Source: a virus | Virus record (IMG/VR): IMGVR_UViG_3300020601_000959 | Span: 5,188-69,187 of that record | Reading direction: 5' to 3' (one strand) | DNA length: 64,000 bases | Shown: piece by piece, positions 30,087 through 38,968 of the stretch | How positions within the stretch are numbered: position 1 is the first letter of the stretch | Layout: each line of letters starts with the position of its first letter | Made by a program: the position numbers and the translations under genes | The notes under the pieces: model-generated | Databases searched by the model: none | What the model was told of the DNA's origin: nothing | The model's input: only the letters and a program-made list of their open reading frames with translations

Positions 30087-30551
30087 ATGATAGATCCAGT
30101 ATCAGCCATAAGTATGGCCACAGCAGCCTACAATGGTATCAAATCAGCAATTAATACAGGTAAAGAAATCCAAGACATGGGTTCACAACTTGGACAATGG
30201 GCAAGAGCAATATCAGATGTTGATTATGCTCATGCTAAAGCAGAAAAGCCACCGTGGTACAAAGCATTAGGCGGTGGCGTAGAATCCAATGCTATGGAAG
30301 TATGGATGCATAAGAAAAAAGCTGACGAAATGCGTGAGGAATTGCGTTCATATATCAGCTTGTATTATGGACCTAGTGCTTGGAAAGAAATTGTAAACAT
30401 AGAAGCACAAATGCGTAAAGAACGTAGAGAGCAAGCATACGCAGCACAAGAACGAAAAGAATTTATTATAGCATGGGTAATAGGATTACTTGTTTTTGCT
30501 GTAGGCGCAGCAGGTCTGTATGGCTTTATTTGGGTACTTCTTCAAGCATAA
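30087..30551 (+). CDS. Conserved phage membrane protein
   Basis: MIDPVSAI...; C-terminal TM helix. Confidence 0.65.
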   Translation: MIDPVSAISMATAAYNGIKSAINTGKEIQDMGSQLGQWARAISDVDYAHAKAEKPPWYKALGGGVESNAMEVWMHKKKADEMREELRSYISLYYGPSAWKEIVNIEAQMRKERREQAYAAQERKEFIIAWVIGLLVFAVGAAGLYGFIWVLLQA

Positions 30552-30561
30552 TAAATACTAG

Positions 30562-30933
30562 ATGTTGAAGTGGATACTTGAAAGACTGCTTAAAGATTAT
30601 GTAGATGAGTTAGTAGATAAACGTTTCAAAGAGAAAATGTATGAAAGGTATTATGAAACCAAACAACAAGAACTCAGAGAAAGAATCCAACGACTACGTC
30701 GAAGTATTTCATCACCAACACAAAGGGTTCAAACTGAGACAAAAAGAGAGGAAAAGCCCAGTAGTGTATTGGAGGTACCCAGATCTGAAGAACCCAGAGT
30801 ACGGAAGAAGAATAATAAGAAGGTAGACAACAGAGACTGGTTTGAAGATACTATGAAAGAAGTAGAAAAAGCAAGAGCAAAACGTGAAGAAATGGATAAA
30901 CTAAAAGCCAAACTCACAGGGAAAACAAGATGA
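30562..30933 (+). CDS. Hypothetical charged protein
   Basis: ORF after ATAAATA, overlapping cyclase start. Confidence 0.55.
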   Translation: MLKWILERLLKDYVDELVDKRFKEKMYERYYETKQQELRERIQRLRRSISSPTQRVQTETKREEKPSSVLEVPRSEEPRVRKKNNKKVDNRDWFEDTMKEVEKARAKREEMDKLKAKLTGKTR

Positions 30934-32975
30934 GAAAAATTATATTTTCACCATTATGGAGCCTATTAGTATTAGCAGTACTAAGTTATCTATTCTATTT
31001 AAACCCGCCGTTTTTAGAAAGTGTTAAATTACGGTACTTTGACTCGCTGATTGTGAATCAACAGCCAGTTGAAAACAACATCTATACAGTGAATATTGAT
31101 GAGCCAAGTTTAGAGGCATACGGACAATGGCCGTGGCCGAGAGGTGATTATGGTAGCCTTATAGAGGAGATATATGCCAGAGGCGCTGGACTAGTAGTGT
31201 TCAATGTATTGATGTCTGAAACAGATCGTCAGGGCGAGGACGTTATGCTTGCCCTGACTATGAGCAATTATCCAGTTATTGTCACAATGCTGGGCTCCGA
31301 AGAAAATAAAAATGAACCAATCAATCCTGGTGCTACTATAGTAAACAGTGATTACATTTATACTATCCCAAGCGTTCCAGGAATCATAGCAAATGTTCCT
31401 GATATCGAAAATAACGCCATTGGGTCAGGCATTACAAACTCTTGGCCTGAAATAGATGGTGTAACAAGACGCATACCATTAGTAGTAGAATCTGGCGGTA
31501 CATTGTATCCAAATGTTACAATGGAGGTATTGCGTGTACTAGCAGGTGATCCAAGTTTCCAAATCAAACTATCACCGATGGGTGTAGACAAACTACGCAT
31601 ACCACAATTTGGTGTTATACAGACTAGCCCAACAGGTGAAGTATGGATTGACTGGAGTCAACAATCAAAGTCATATAGCGCAGTAGACTTACCAGATGAC
31701 TTTGCTGGCGGCATAGTATTTGTAGGACCAACAGCAGCAGGGCTTACACAGCCATTAGCAACAGCAGCAGGTTCAGTGTTCCCACACGAAGTCCAAGCAG
31801 CAATGCTAGGAACAGTTTTTAATGAATCAAACATAAGCAGACATCCTGACGCAGAAGCATGGGCTGAACTAGCAGCGTTAATAACGGCAGGCGTATTTTT
31901 AATTGCACTCGCCCGATGGACATATGTTGGTATAGCCTTCTTTGTATTGTCAGTAGGCGGTTTTATTGGAGTTAGTATATATGTATTCAATACACAAAAT
32001 ATTCTTATTGATGGCGCTACTATCAGTGCTTTCCTCTTGCTCGTGGGTCTCAAACGATATGTGCTCAAGTTCCTCGACGAGTTCCTGCAAAAGCAAGCCA
32101 TTAAAAAACAATTCGAAGGATACGCCAGCCCAGCAGTGGTTAAACTATTACAAGAATCTCCAGAGCTTGTTAAACGTGGTATAAAGAAAGATGTGAGTAT
32201 CGTGTTCAGTGACTTGCGTGGATTTACACCATTAGGTGAATCATTTGGAGACGATGTACAAGGGCTAACAAGAATAATGAATGGCTACATGGATGCCATT
32301 ACAGAGCCAGTGCTTGACGCAGATGGCATGATTATAAAGTATATTGGTGACGCTAGTATGCACATACACAACGCACCAATTGACGACAACAGACACGCAC
32401 ACACCGCAGTAGAAACAGGACTTAAAATGTTGAAAGCAGTGGAGAAGTTTAATGAAGAAGTTATTATACCCGAAGGTAGGCCACCTGTCGGTATGGGTGC
32501 CGGCATTAATACTGGGCTTGGTTATCTGGGCGAAATGGGCAGCAGCAAACGACACAGTTATGATGTACTCGGAGACGCCGTCAGTACAGCAGCTCGTGTT
32601 GAAAGCAAATGTAAAGAATACGGATGTCTATTACTTGTTGGAGAAAATACATACGAAGCAACAAAGGAAGACTTCTTCTATCTCAAAGTAGACGATTTAC
32701 AAGTAAAAGGCAAAAGTGTAGGATTAAGCATTTATACTGTATTAGATAATCCACAACATGCCTGGAAAAAAGATCAATACAGACACGAAAAAATGATGGA
32801 AGCATATAAAGCACAAGACTTTGATGAAGCTTATAGAATAAGTGCTGCATTGACAAATTGTTTTGATTTCAAAATGACAGGCTATTATAAAATGTGGATG
32901 GAACGTTGTGAATATATGAAAACACAAGACTTACCATCAGATTGGAATGGTGTATTTGTAGCCACAAGTAAATAG
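30930..32975 (+). CDS. CHASE2-domain class III adenylate/guanylate cyclase
   Basis: IDEPSL, GQWPWPR, DGVTRRIPL; TM helices; FSDLRGFT, KYIGDA, GINTG, YDVLGDAVSTAARVE. Confidence 0.93.
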   Translation: MRKIIFSPLWSLLVLAVLSYLFYLNPPFLESVKLRYFDSLIVNQQPVENNIYTVNIDEPSLEAYGQWPWPRGDYGSLIEEIYARGAGLVVFNVLMSETDRQGEDVMLALTMSNYPVIVTMLGSEENKNEPINPGATIVNSDYIYTIPSVPGIIANVPDIENNAIGSGITNSWPEIDGVTRRIPLVVESGGTLYPNVTMEVLRVLAGDPSFQIKLSPMGVDKLRIPQFGVIQTSPTGEVWIDWSQQSKSYSAVDLPDDFAGGIVFVGPTAAGLTQPLATAAGSVFPHEVQAAMLGTVFNESNISRHPDAEAWAELAALITAGVFLIALARWTYVGIAFFVLSVGGFIGVSIYVFNTQNILIDGATISAFLLLVGLKRYVLKFLDEFLQKQAIKKQFEGYASPAVVKLLQESPELVKRGIKKDVSIVFSDLRGFTPLGESFGDDVQGLTRIMNGYMDAITEPVLDADGMIIKYIGDASMHIHNAPIDDNRHAHTAVETGLKMLKAVEKFNEEVIIPEGRPPVGMGAGINTGLGYLGEMGSSKRHSYDVLGDAVSTAARVESKCKEYGCLLLVGENTYEATKEDFFYLKVDDLQVKGKSVGLSIYTVLDNPQHAWKKDQYRHEKMMEAYKAQDFDEAYRISAALTNCFDFKMTGYYKMWMERCEYMKTQDLPSDWNGVFVATSK

Positions 32976-32978
32976 AGT

Positions 32979-33638
32979 ATGCTCGGTTATAGTATTTTTA
33001 AGAATTTTTTTGGTAAGCCTACTGCGGAAGAAAAACGTACAACAAATGACATAAATGTTATCTGGTGTCATGGTGCTAACCAAACAAGTCTCAGTTTTAA
33101 ATATCTACAAAGTAAGACTAATTTTACAAATGAAATATTAGTAAATTACAACAGTATGAATCGCTTCTACGAAAACTTAGAAATGATTGGTGATACTTGT
33201 AAAGGTAAAGGTCCGCACTTTGTTGTAGGACATAGCATGGGCGGATTGTATGCTATACATCTTACCAAGTATGTGCGTGTCATAGGAGGTGTTAGTATTA
33301 GCACTCCGTTCCGTGGCAGTAGTACAGCAGATTGGGCAAAGTATATTGTTCCAAGCTATCCATTGTTTAAAGATATTGGCAGGAGAAGTGATCCTATACG
33401 TGAAGCAAATGAAATTGAACTGGATATACCTTGGACACAAGTAGTAACAACAGCAGGGTCAGTTCCGTATCACAACGGACCTAATGATGGTGTTTGTACT
33501 ATTGAATCAATGCGTCACAGAACTGACATGAAGCACATAGAAGTTAATCACACACATTATGAAACTATGGTAAGTGATCAAGTTGGTGATATTATAAAAC
33601 AAACATATGAGCGTGTAACACAATTACAAAAGCAGTAG
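32979..33638 (+). CDS. Alpha/beta hydrolase (lipase/esterase-like)
   Basis: CHGA, GHSMGG, STPFRGS, NDGV, H. Confidence 0.85.
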   Translation: MLGYSIFKNFFGKPTAEEKRTTNDINVIWCHGANQTSLSFKYLQSKTNFTNEILVNYNSMNRFYENLEMIGDTCKGKGPHFVVGHSMGGLYAIHLTKYVRVIGGVSISTPFRGSSTADWAKYIVPSYPLFKDIGRRSDPIREANEIELDIPWTQVVTTAGSVPYHNGPNDGVCTIESMRHRTDMKHIEVNHTHYETMVSDQVGDIIKQTYERVTQLQKQ

Positions 33639-33963
33639 TGTAATGTAGTGCTTGGTCTAATGCTTGTAATCGCCAAAACCTAGCTTCGTCACGTTTCCAA
33701 TTGAACTTTGTATAGAACACTGTTTTGCCCCAATCAACATGCCAATGTATAATGTAATCAAATATACTATAGATCACTGCCCAGGCAGGTGATACAAAAA
33801 ACAAACACACTACAAAGTTTACGCCAGCATGATGTGCGTAGTGTCTATGTCCGTTATCAAAGTAACGTATTTTGCTGTGAGGTTTTTTGATAAATGTTTG
33901 TAGAAACAAATCAGCAAAGGCATGTTTAATTATAAGGGCAAAGAAAAATACTATTTCAATCAT
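33592..33963 (-). CDS. DUF3307-like membrane protein
   Basis: KHAFADLFLQ, HWHVDWGK, DQALH. Confidence 0.75.
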   Translation of the reverse strand: MIEIVFFFALIIKHAFADLFLQTFIKKPHSKIRYFDNGHRHYAHHAGVNFVVCLFFVSPAWAVIYSIFDYIIHWHVDWGKTVFYTKFNWKRDEARFWRLQALDQALHYTTAFVIVLHAHMFVL

Positions 33964-34186
33964 TAACCTTGCTCTCATGTTTTAACAAAAGAGCATTAAC
34001 TTCGTCTGATTTCATAAGCCAGCCGTTTTCGTTTACAATAAAAACATCACCTGGTTTGTAAAGAACAGTTTCTTTACCGCCGGTTTTCTTTCCATCTTTA
34101 GTCCAGCCCATAACTTCTCCAAGCCAGTCGCCCTTGACTCTGAAGTGAGGTCCTGCTTGTTCTATCACATAGTCCATCCAAATCAT
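33956..34186 (-). CDS. Hypothetical protein
   Basis: ORF in minus-strand operon. Confidence 0.55.
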   Translation of the reverse strand: MIWMDYVIEQAGPHFRVKGDWLGEVMGWTKDGKKTGGKETVLYKPGDVFIVNENGWLMKSDEVNALLLKHESKVND

Positions 34187-34440
34187 ATTGCTTTCTCCGA
34201 GTGTTTGAGAATAAAATGTGTGGCTTCTTTTGATTCAGGAAGTATGACACTTATATCGCATTTACAATAGATATCATCTGGCAACGTTCTACTACCGCTA
34301 CGTGTTAGCTTCCATTCCCAATTATTTTCTTCTATTGTTTTGTAAACATCTGTGCCAACTTCACGTTGGATCCACATCTGTTCCATATGTGTTTCTTTGT
34401 GCGTCCATTTATATTCACAACTGCCTAAATATAGTTCCAT
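34183..34440 (-). CDS. Hypothetical protein
   Basis: ORF in minus-strand operon. Confidence 0.55.
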   Translation of the reverse strand: MELYLGSCEYKWTHKETHMEQMWIQREVGTDVYKTIEENNWEWKLTRSGSRTLPDDIYCKCDISVILPESKEATHFILKHSEKAI

Positions 34441-34448
34441 AAAGATAC

Positions 34449-34574
34449 TTATTTAGATTTTGAATTCTCGCAATCACATTTGACACATACATCATTTATA
34501 CATTCTTTACAGTCTGGAGCGTAACAATGACACTTATGCCCACAACTTTTACAAGTTCTAGGCGCTCCTTTCAT
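34449..34574 (-). CDS. Cys-rich metallothionein-like peptide (41 aa, absent from ORF track)
   Basis: MKGAPRTCKSCGHKCHCYAPDCKECINDVCVKCDCENSKSK; TAATG coupling with upstream gene. Confidence 0.65.
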   Translation of the reverse strand: MKGAPRTCKSCGHKCHCYAPDCKECINDVCVKCDCENSKSK

Positions 34575-34735
34575 TATGTCAATGCCTCTAGTAGTTCTTG
34601 TTTTAGATATTCTTTGCCTTTTAAAAACTCTTTGATATGGTCGTTGTTTTCTTTTGTATCCAACGGCATAGCTGTGCCTACCATTTCTGTGTCAGCTGGT
34701 AGTATGTCAGCTATCGTCATCCCCTTTTCGAACAT
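34574..34735 (-). CDS. Small hypothetical protein
   Basis: AGGAGG RBS before ATG run. Confidence 0.5.
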   Translation of the reverse strand: MFEKGMTIADILPADTEMVGTAMPLDTKENNDHIKEFLKGKEYLKQELLEALT

Positions 34736-35054
34736 CATCATTCCCTCCTGTGCTATTAGACTGGACATTACCAGTTTTGTATTCATCCACCAGGCGTTGT
34801 AATTCGTCCTGTCTCTGTGGATTTAATTTTGCTCTGTATTCCAAAACCATTGACAGTTTTTGATTAAGTCTAATCATGTCATTATCTAACATGCGAACAC
34901 GATCGACTAGTTTTATTAGAGTACCCATTGTCTCACCAATTACTGGATCAATAGTTTCAGTTACCCATTTCCATATAAAATAGATAAAGTAACCCATGCC
35001 CATTGCGGCAATAATTGGAAATCCATATTCGCTTACAGCAGCCGCAATATCCAT
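34707..35054 (-). CDS. YvrJ/holin-like membrane protein
   Basis: YGFPII, TM helix, LDNDMIRL; paralogous to 35233-35511. Confidence 0.55.
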   Translation of the reverse strand: MDIAAAVSEYGFPIIAAMGMGYFIYFIWKWVTETIDPVIGETMGTLIKLVDRVRMLDNDMIRLNQKLSMVLEYRAKLNPQRQDELQRLVDEYKTGNVQSNSTGGNDDVRKGDDDS

Positions 35055-35249
35055 TTATTCTCCAAACATGTCCATAAGTTCAGGGCCAAAGTTACCAGCA
35101 GCCCATCCAAGAGCTACTATTGCTACCACGCCCATTACTAACCATTTCATTTTGAAATCGTCTACATCCATTCTTAGTGCTACTAGTTCATTTCCTAGTA
35201 TTCTCACACTTACTTCTAGTTTACCTTTATCATCAGTCGCGTCTGGCAT
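35055..35249 (-). CDS. Small membrane protein
   Basis: GKLEVSVRILGNELV plus TM helix. Confidence 0.55.
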   Translation of the reverse strand: MPDATDDKGKLEVSVRILGNELVALRMDVDDFKMKWLVMGVVAIVALGWAAGNFGPELMDMFGE

Positions 35250-35511
35250 CTTCTTTTCCTTCGTTTGCTGCTAACCTATCTACATTAGGTCTAACGTTCA
35301 AAGTATAACTTAACAACGCATCAATCTTAATAAGATCGTTGTTCATAGTTTGAACTCTATTATCTAATTGTCCTATGATATTTTTTAGAGTTGTAACTCC
35401 TCCGGTTACACCTGCTAGAATAAATTTCAATGTAAGGAAAACAAAACCGCCTGCTGCTAAGGCTCCTGCTATCGGAAAGCCTACATCCCCTACTAAAGTT
35501 AAAAAATCCAT
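35233..35511 (-). CDS. YvrJ/holin-like membrane protein
   Basis: VGFPIAGA, TM helix, MNNDLIKID. Confidence 0.55.
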   Translation of the reverse strand: MDFLTLVGDVGFPIAGALAAGGFVFLTLKFILAGVTGGVTTLKNIIGQLDNRVQTMNNDLIKIDALLSYTLNVRPNVDRLAANEGKEDARRD

Positions 35512-35546
35512 GTGCGCCCTCACGCTCTGCTACAAACATATTTAGC

Positions 35547-35575
35547 TTGACAAACAAATAAAATGGCTATATAAT
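35547..35575 (+). promoter_or_regulatory. Sigma70 consensus promoter, back-to-back with a minus-strand CTAAATA box
   Basis: TTGACA-17-TATAAT. Confidence 0.75.
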
Positions 35576-35595
35576 AAGTATTATTGGAGGAAAAA

Positions 35596-36273
35596 ATGGC
35601 TACTACAGAAGAAAAACAAGAACTAGTTGAAGATCTTAAAGGTCCTAGATATTACACAATACGCATTAGAGGTTACGGTTGCGAATGTGGTTATCTTTCA
35701 TTAACTAAAGATCAATACGATTATTGGAATAAACTAAACGAAGATGATACAAACTTAGTTGCTAGTTATTTTTTAGATCCTGATGATTTTGATGAAGTAG
35801 TAATTCCCGATGGTTCTGCTTTTTTGTATGACGAAGAAGGAGAATACAACCAAATGTGGTATGATTGTGACAAATTAGTCGAACATCAATATGGTGTTGA
35901 TTTCAGCAGTGCTATTATAGATATAGACGAAGTTGCTGGTCCTGATTGGGGTGATGCTGTAATAAAAGAAGTTGTAAGCGAAGATTTACCTGAGTGGACT
36001 GAAAATAATAGTATTCCTGTAGATATGGAAGTTACTGAAGCAGATGAACCTGAATATACTGTACAGATTTTTAATGCTGAGAAAGGCACGTTTTTTGATG
36101 GTATAATTGAAACTACAGGAGAATTTGATCCAAAACAATTAAAAATTTATACTATGGAATATTGGAACGGTGATGACACTCTAACTAGTGTTACCTATAA
36201 AGGTGAGGAAGTTGACAACAATGGCGGCGATACAATGAGCAAAGGTTCTAGTGTGTATTTTTGGAGAAACTAA
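35596..36273 (+). CDS. Acidic hypothetical protein
   Basis: GGAGG RBS; very Asp/Glu-rich. Confidence 0.65.
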   Translation: MATTEEKQELVEDLKGPRYYTIRIRGYGCECGYLSLTKDQYDYWNKLNEDDTNLVASYFLDPDDFDEVVIPDGSAFLYDEEGEYNQMWYDCDKLVEHQYGVDFSSAIIDIDEVAGPDWGDAVIKEVVSEDLPEWTENNSIPVDMEVTEADEPEYTVQIFNAEKGTFFDGIIETTGEFDPKQLKIYTMEYWNGDDTLTSVTYKGEEVDNNGGDTMSKGSSVYFWRN

Positions 36274-36455
36274 TGAAGTGGAAGGTTGTTACACAAAACG
36301 ATCATTATATTGTAGAAAGCAATAGTAGTAAGGATGCTGTTGCTATTGTAGTAGATAAACACAAAGATAAGTCTACAATTAAATCTGTGACAATTGAACC
36401 AAAAAATATAATTGGAAAGACACGTAGACTATGGAGAAATACATTTGGTAAATAA
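36273..36455 (+). CDS. Hypothetical protein
   Basis: TAATG coupling. Confidence 0.5.
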   Translation: MKWKVVTQNDHYIVESNSSKDAVAIVVDKHKDKSTIKSVTIEPKNIIGKTRRLWRNTFGK

Positions 36456-36633
36456 TTATGAATATAAAGTAGAAGACATATTTGAAGATATCGAAGGTGA
36501 TGATAAAAATGTGTTGATGAACATCCCTCCTGAAATTAGAGAACAGTTGGGGTGGAAAGAAGGCGATGTGCTTAGTGTTAAAATAGAGAAAGGAATCATC
36601 GTTTTAGAAAAAAAAGAGAATGACGAAAAATAA
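36445..36633 (+). CDS. AbrB/MazE-like DNA-binding protein
   Basis: IPPEIREQLGWKEGDVLSV; start uncertain. Confidence 0.7.
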   Translation: MVNNYEYKVEDIFEDIEGDDKNVLMNIPPEIREQLGWKEGDVLSVKIEKGIIVLEKKENDEK

Positions 36634-36838
36634 AGATATTATAGAAGTAGAAGGCGACATAATAGATGTGTTGCCTAACCAAACATTTAAAGTCCGATTA
36701 GACAATGAACATTTAGTGGTATGTTATACAGGCGGAAAGATGCGCCAGTTTAAGATAAGACTAGTCGCTGGAGATAGAGTAAGGATAGAAATGACTCCTT
36801 ATGATCTAGAAAAAGGACGTATCACACGCAGATTATAG
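36620..36838 (+). CDS. infA: Translation initiation factor IF-1
   Basis: IEVEG, LPN..FKVRLDN, GKMR...I....GDRV..EMTPYDL.KGRI. Confidence 0.95.
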   Translation: MTKNKDIIEVEGDIIDVLPNQTFKVRLDNEHLVVCYTGGKMRQFKIRLVAGDRVRIEMTPYDLEKGRITRRL

Positions 36839-36894
36839 GTTGACAATATGCTAGTTTATGCTATTATATAGTTATAGGCAGCACAGAGGCAACA

Positions 36895-37293
36895 ATGATA
36901 TACGTTCAAGGCGGCACAAAAGCTCAAAAAATGTATGCTTACAGCATGGCTGAATTTGTTTGTAACAAATTCAATATAAATCCTGACATTGAAATAAGTT
37001 TTAGACGTTTGACAAACGATCGTAGTCTTGGTGGTTGTATTCAAGTTGACAATGGCGAATATGAAATTGATATTAAACGCAGTCTCCGTTTGCGTGATAT
37101 GCTTACAACTCTAGCACACGAATTAGTACATGTTAAACAGTACGAGCTAGGGCAACTAAAACAAGAAAGCGAAAATGAATTTGATTACTGGGATAAACCT
37201 AGTGAAATTGAAGCACATGGCAGAGAAACAGGATTGTTTGTAACATGGGCAGAACAAAACAAACTAGCACATAAGAAATGGACACAGATATGA
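36895..37293 (+). CDS. Zn metallopeptidase-like protein
   Basis: TLAHELVHVKQ, PSEIEA; own TTGACA promoter at 36840. Confidence 0.75.
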   Translation: MIYVQGGTKAQKMYAYSMAEFVCNKFNINPDIEISFRRLTNDRSLGGCIQVDNGEYEIDIKRSLRLRDMLTTLAHELVHVKQYELGQLKQESENEFDYWDKPSEIEAHGRETGLFVTWAEQNKLAHKKWTQI

Positions 37294-37976
37294 GTACTCA
37301 ATTGTATAATGCTGGTATCGAAATATTAGCAATGGGCTATTATAAAAATGAAAATGCTCGCAGTGGCGACTACAATCCTGGGCATGAGGATGCTGTTGCT
37401 AGTGTGTTAGACACACATGGATTCAAAGGATATACACAAAACGATTTTCCAAACCTTCAACGTTCTCATTTGAAGCAATGGTGGGAAAGTGATTTTATTG
37501 ATGACACAGGATTAGCGTTAGCACTAATAGAACTACCAGCAGGCAGTTATGTTCTACAGCCAGGTGGTACCCAAAGTTTTCCAGACATTCTTGTACGTGA
37601 TTTTTGTGGAAGATTTGTAGCATTAGAATGTAAAAGCGGCAAAGGTACACATCCTATGTGGAACGATAGCACACCTAAGCCAGGAGCAGCTTATATAATG
37701 AGTAGTGGTAAACTTAATCAAACTACTTTGTTTATGGGCGAAGATGTAATTACACCTGAACAGCAAAAAATTATTAACGAAGGCTTAATACAATTACAAC
37801 AACTTGCTGATAATATTAGTAGTCAAGTAAAAGAACTTGACAAACACAACAGAGGCTTTATAATTAGTAGTCGTAAACAGTTTTTTCAACAAGGTGGTAA
37901 AGAAAAGACTAATTATTTTACACACAATAGTAGACAACAGTGTGAACAAAATGTATTGGAGTTTTTGAGTGCTTAA
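37290..37976 (+). CDS. Putative restriction endonuclease (PD-(D/E)xK)
   Basis: QPGGTQSFPDILV...LECKS...MWN; adjacent to an MTase. Confidence 0.6.
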   Translation: MSTQLYNAGIEILAMGYYKNENARSGDYNPGHEDAVASVLDTHGFKGYTQNDFPNLQRSHLKQWWESDFIDDTGLALALIELPAGSYVLQPGGTQSFPDILVRDFCGRFVALECKSGKGTHPMWNDSTPKPGAAYIMSSGKLNQTTLFMGEDVITPEQQKIINEGLIQLQQLADNISSQVKELDKHNRGFIISSRKQFFQQGGKEKTNYFTHNSRQQCEQNVLEFLSA

Positions 37977-38892
37977 ACCTGTAAATGAAAATTTACACAC
38001 AGTAACTATAAAAGACATAGAAGATCACAAGTTAATCACAGACGATGAACTCAATAGAGATCTTAAGAATCTAAAAAGATTTACCGCAGAAGAAAATGCT
38101 AACAACTTCTACGGTAATCCTTTCTTATATCATTTCCAATTTAAAAACTTGTTAAAATGTCGTAGAGATAAAGGTAAAACTATCTACGACATTCACAACG
38201 ATAGCGAAGCGTGGAATAAACTTATAGACAGTACACGTAAACGTAATCGTGGAGGCAGAACACCAGCAGGTAATGTATATGAGTGTTTTAGAATAAACTT
38301 AGGCAGTATTGTAATGTTTAAGAGTACAACAGCCAAGTATCTTTATAAAAAATATAATGTTAAACATGTATTAGATCCAACCGCCGGCTGGGGTGGCAGA
38401 CTGTTGGGTGCTTGGGCATTGGATATTGATTATACAGGAATAGACACAAACACAGAAATGCGTGATGCGTATAATTATATGATACAATATCTCGACAACT
38501 ACAGCGACTTTGGTAATAGTTTGATACAGGAGCAACGTAACTCAACACAGCGTATGATATGGCAAAGTTGCTTAGATGTAGATTTTAGTGCTATAGATTA
38601 TGATTTTGTGCTTACATCTCCGCCTTATGTAAACTTAGAAATATACGAGCATATGACGCCTTGGGAACAAGACGAAGACTTTTATGTGAACTTTTTTATT
38701 CCACTTTGGCAAAAGTGTGTAAATAATATTAAAACAGGAGGCAATGTGTGCTTTAATATTTCTCCTAAAATGTATGATGATGCTATAAAGCATGGATTAA
38801 CACCTTGTGACGATGAAGAAGACTTGTTACAGCAACTAGGACAACAAAAGGGCAAAAAGAAACAAGATAAAATTTATATTTGGAAATGTTAG
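37969..38892 (+). CDS. DNA amino-methyltransferase (SPPY, N4-C/N6-A)
   Basis: VLDPTAGWGGR motif I, YTGID, LTSPPY motif IV. Confidence 0.85.
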   Translation: MLKPVNENLHTVTIKDIEDHKLITDDELNRDLKNLKRFTAEENANNFYGNPFLYHFQFKNLLKCRRDKGKTIYDIHNDSEAWNKLIDSTRKRNRGGRTPAGNVYECFRINLGSIVMFKSTTAKYLYKKYNVKHVLDPTAGWGGRLLGAWALDIDYTGIDTNTEMRDAYNYMIQYLDNYSDFGNSLIQEQRNSTQRMIWQSCLDVDFSAIDYDFVLTSPPYVNLEIYEHMTPWEQDEDFYVNFFIPLWQKCVNNIKTGGNVCFNISPKMYDDAIKHGLTPCDDEEDLLQQLGQQKGKKKQDKIYIWKC

Positions 38893-38968
38893 GTTGACAA
38901 TAGACTCTAGTCCTGCTATATTAAGTTATAGAAAATTGTTACCAAAGATAAAGGCACTGGTGAAGGCA

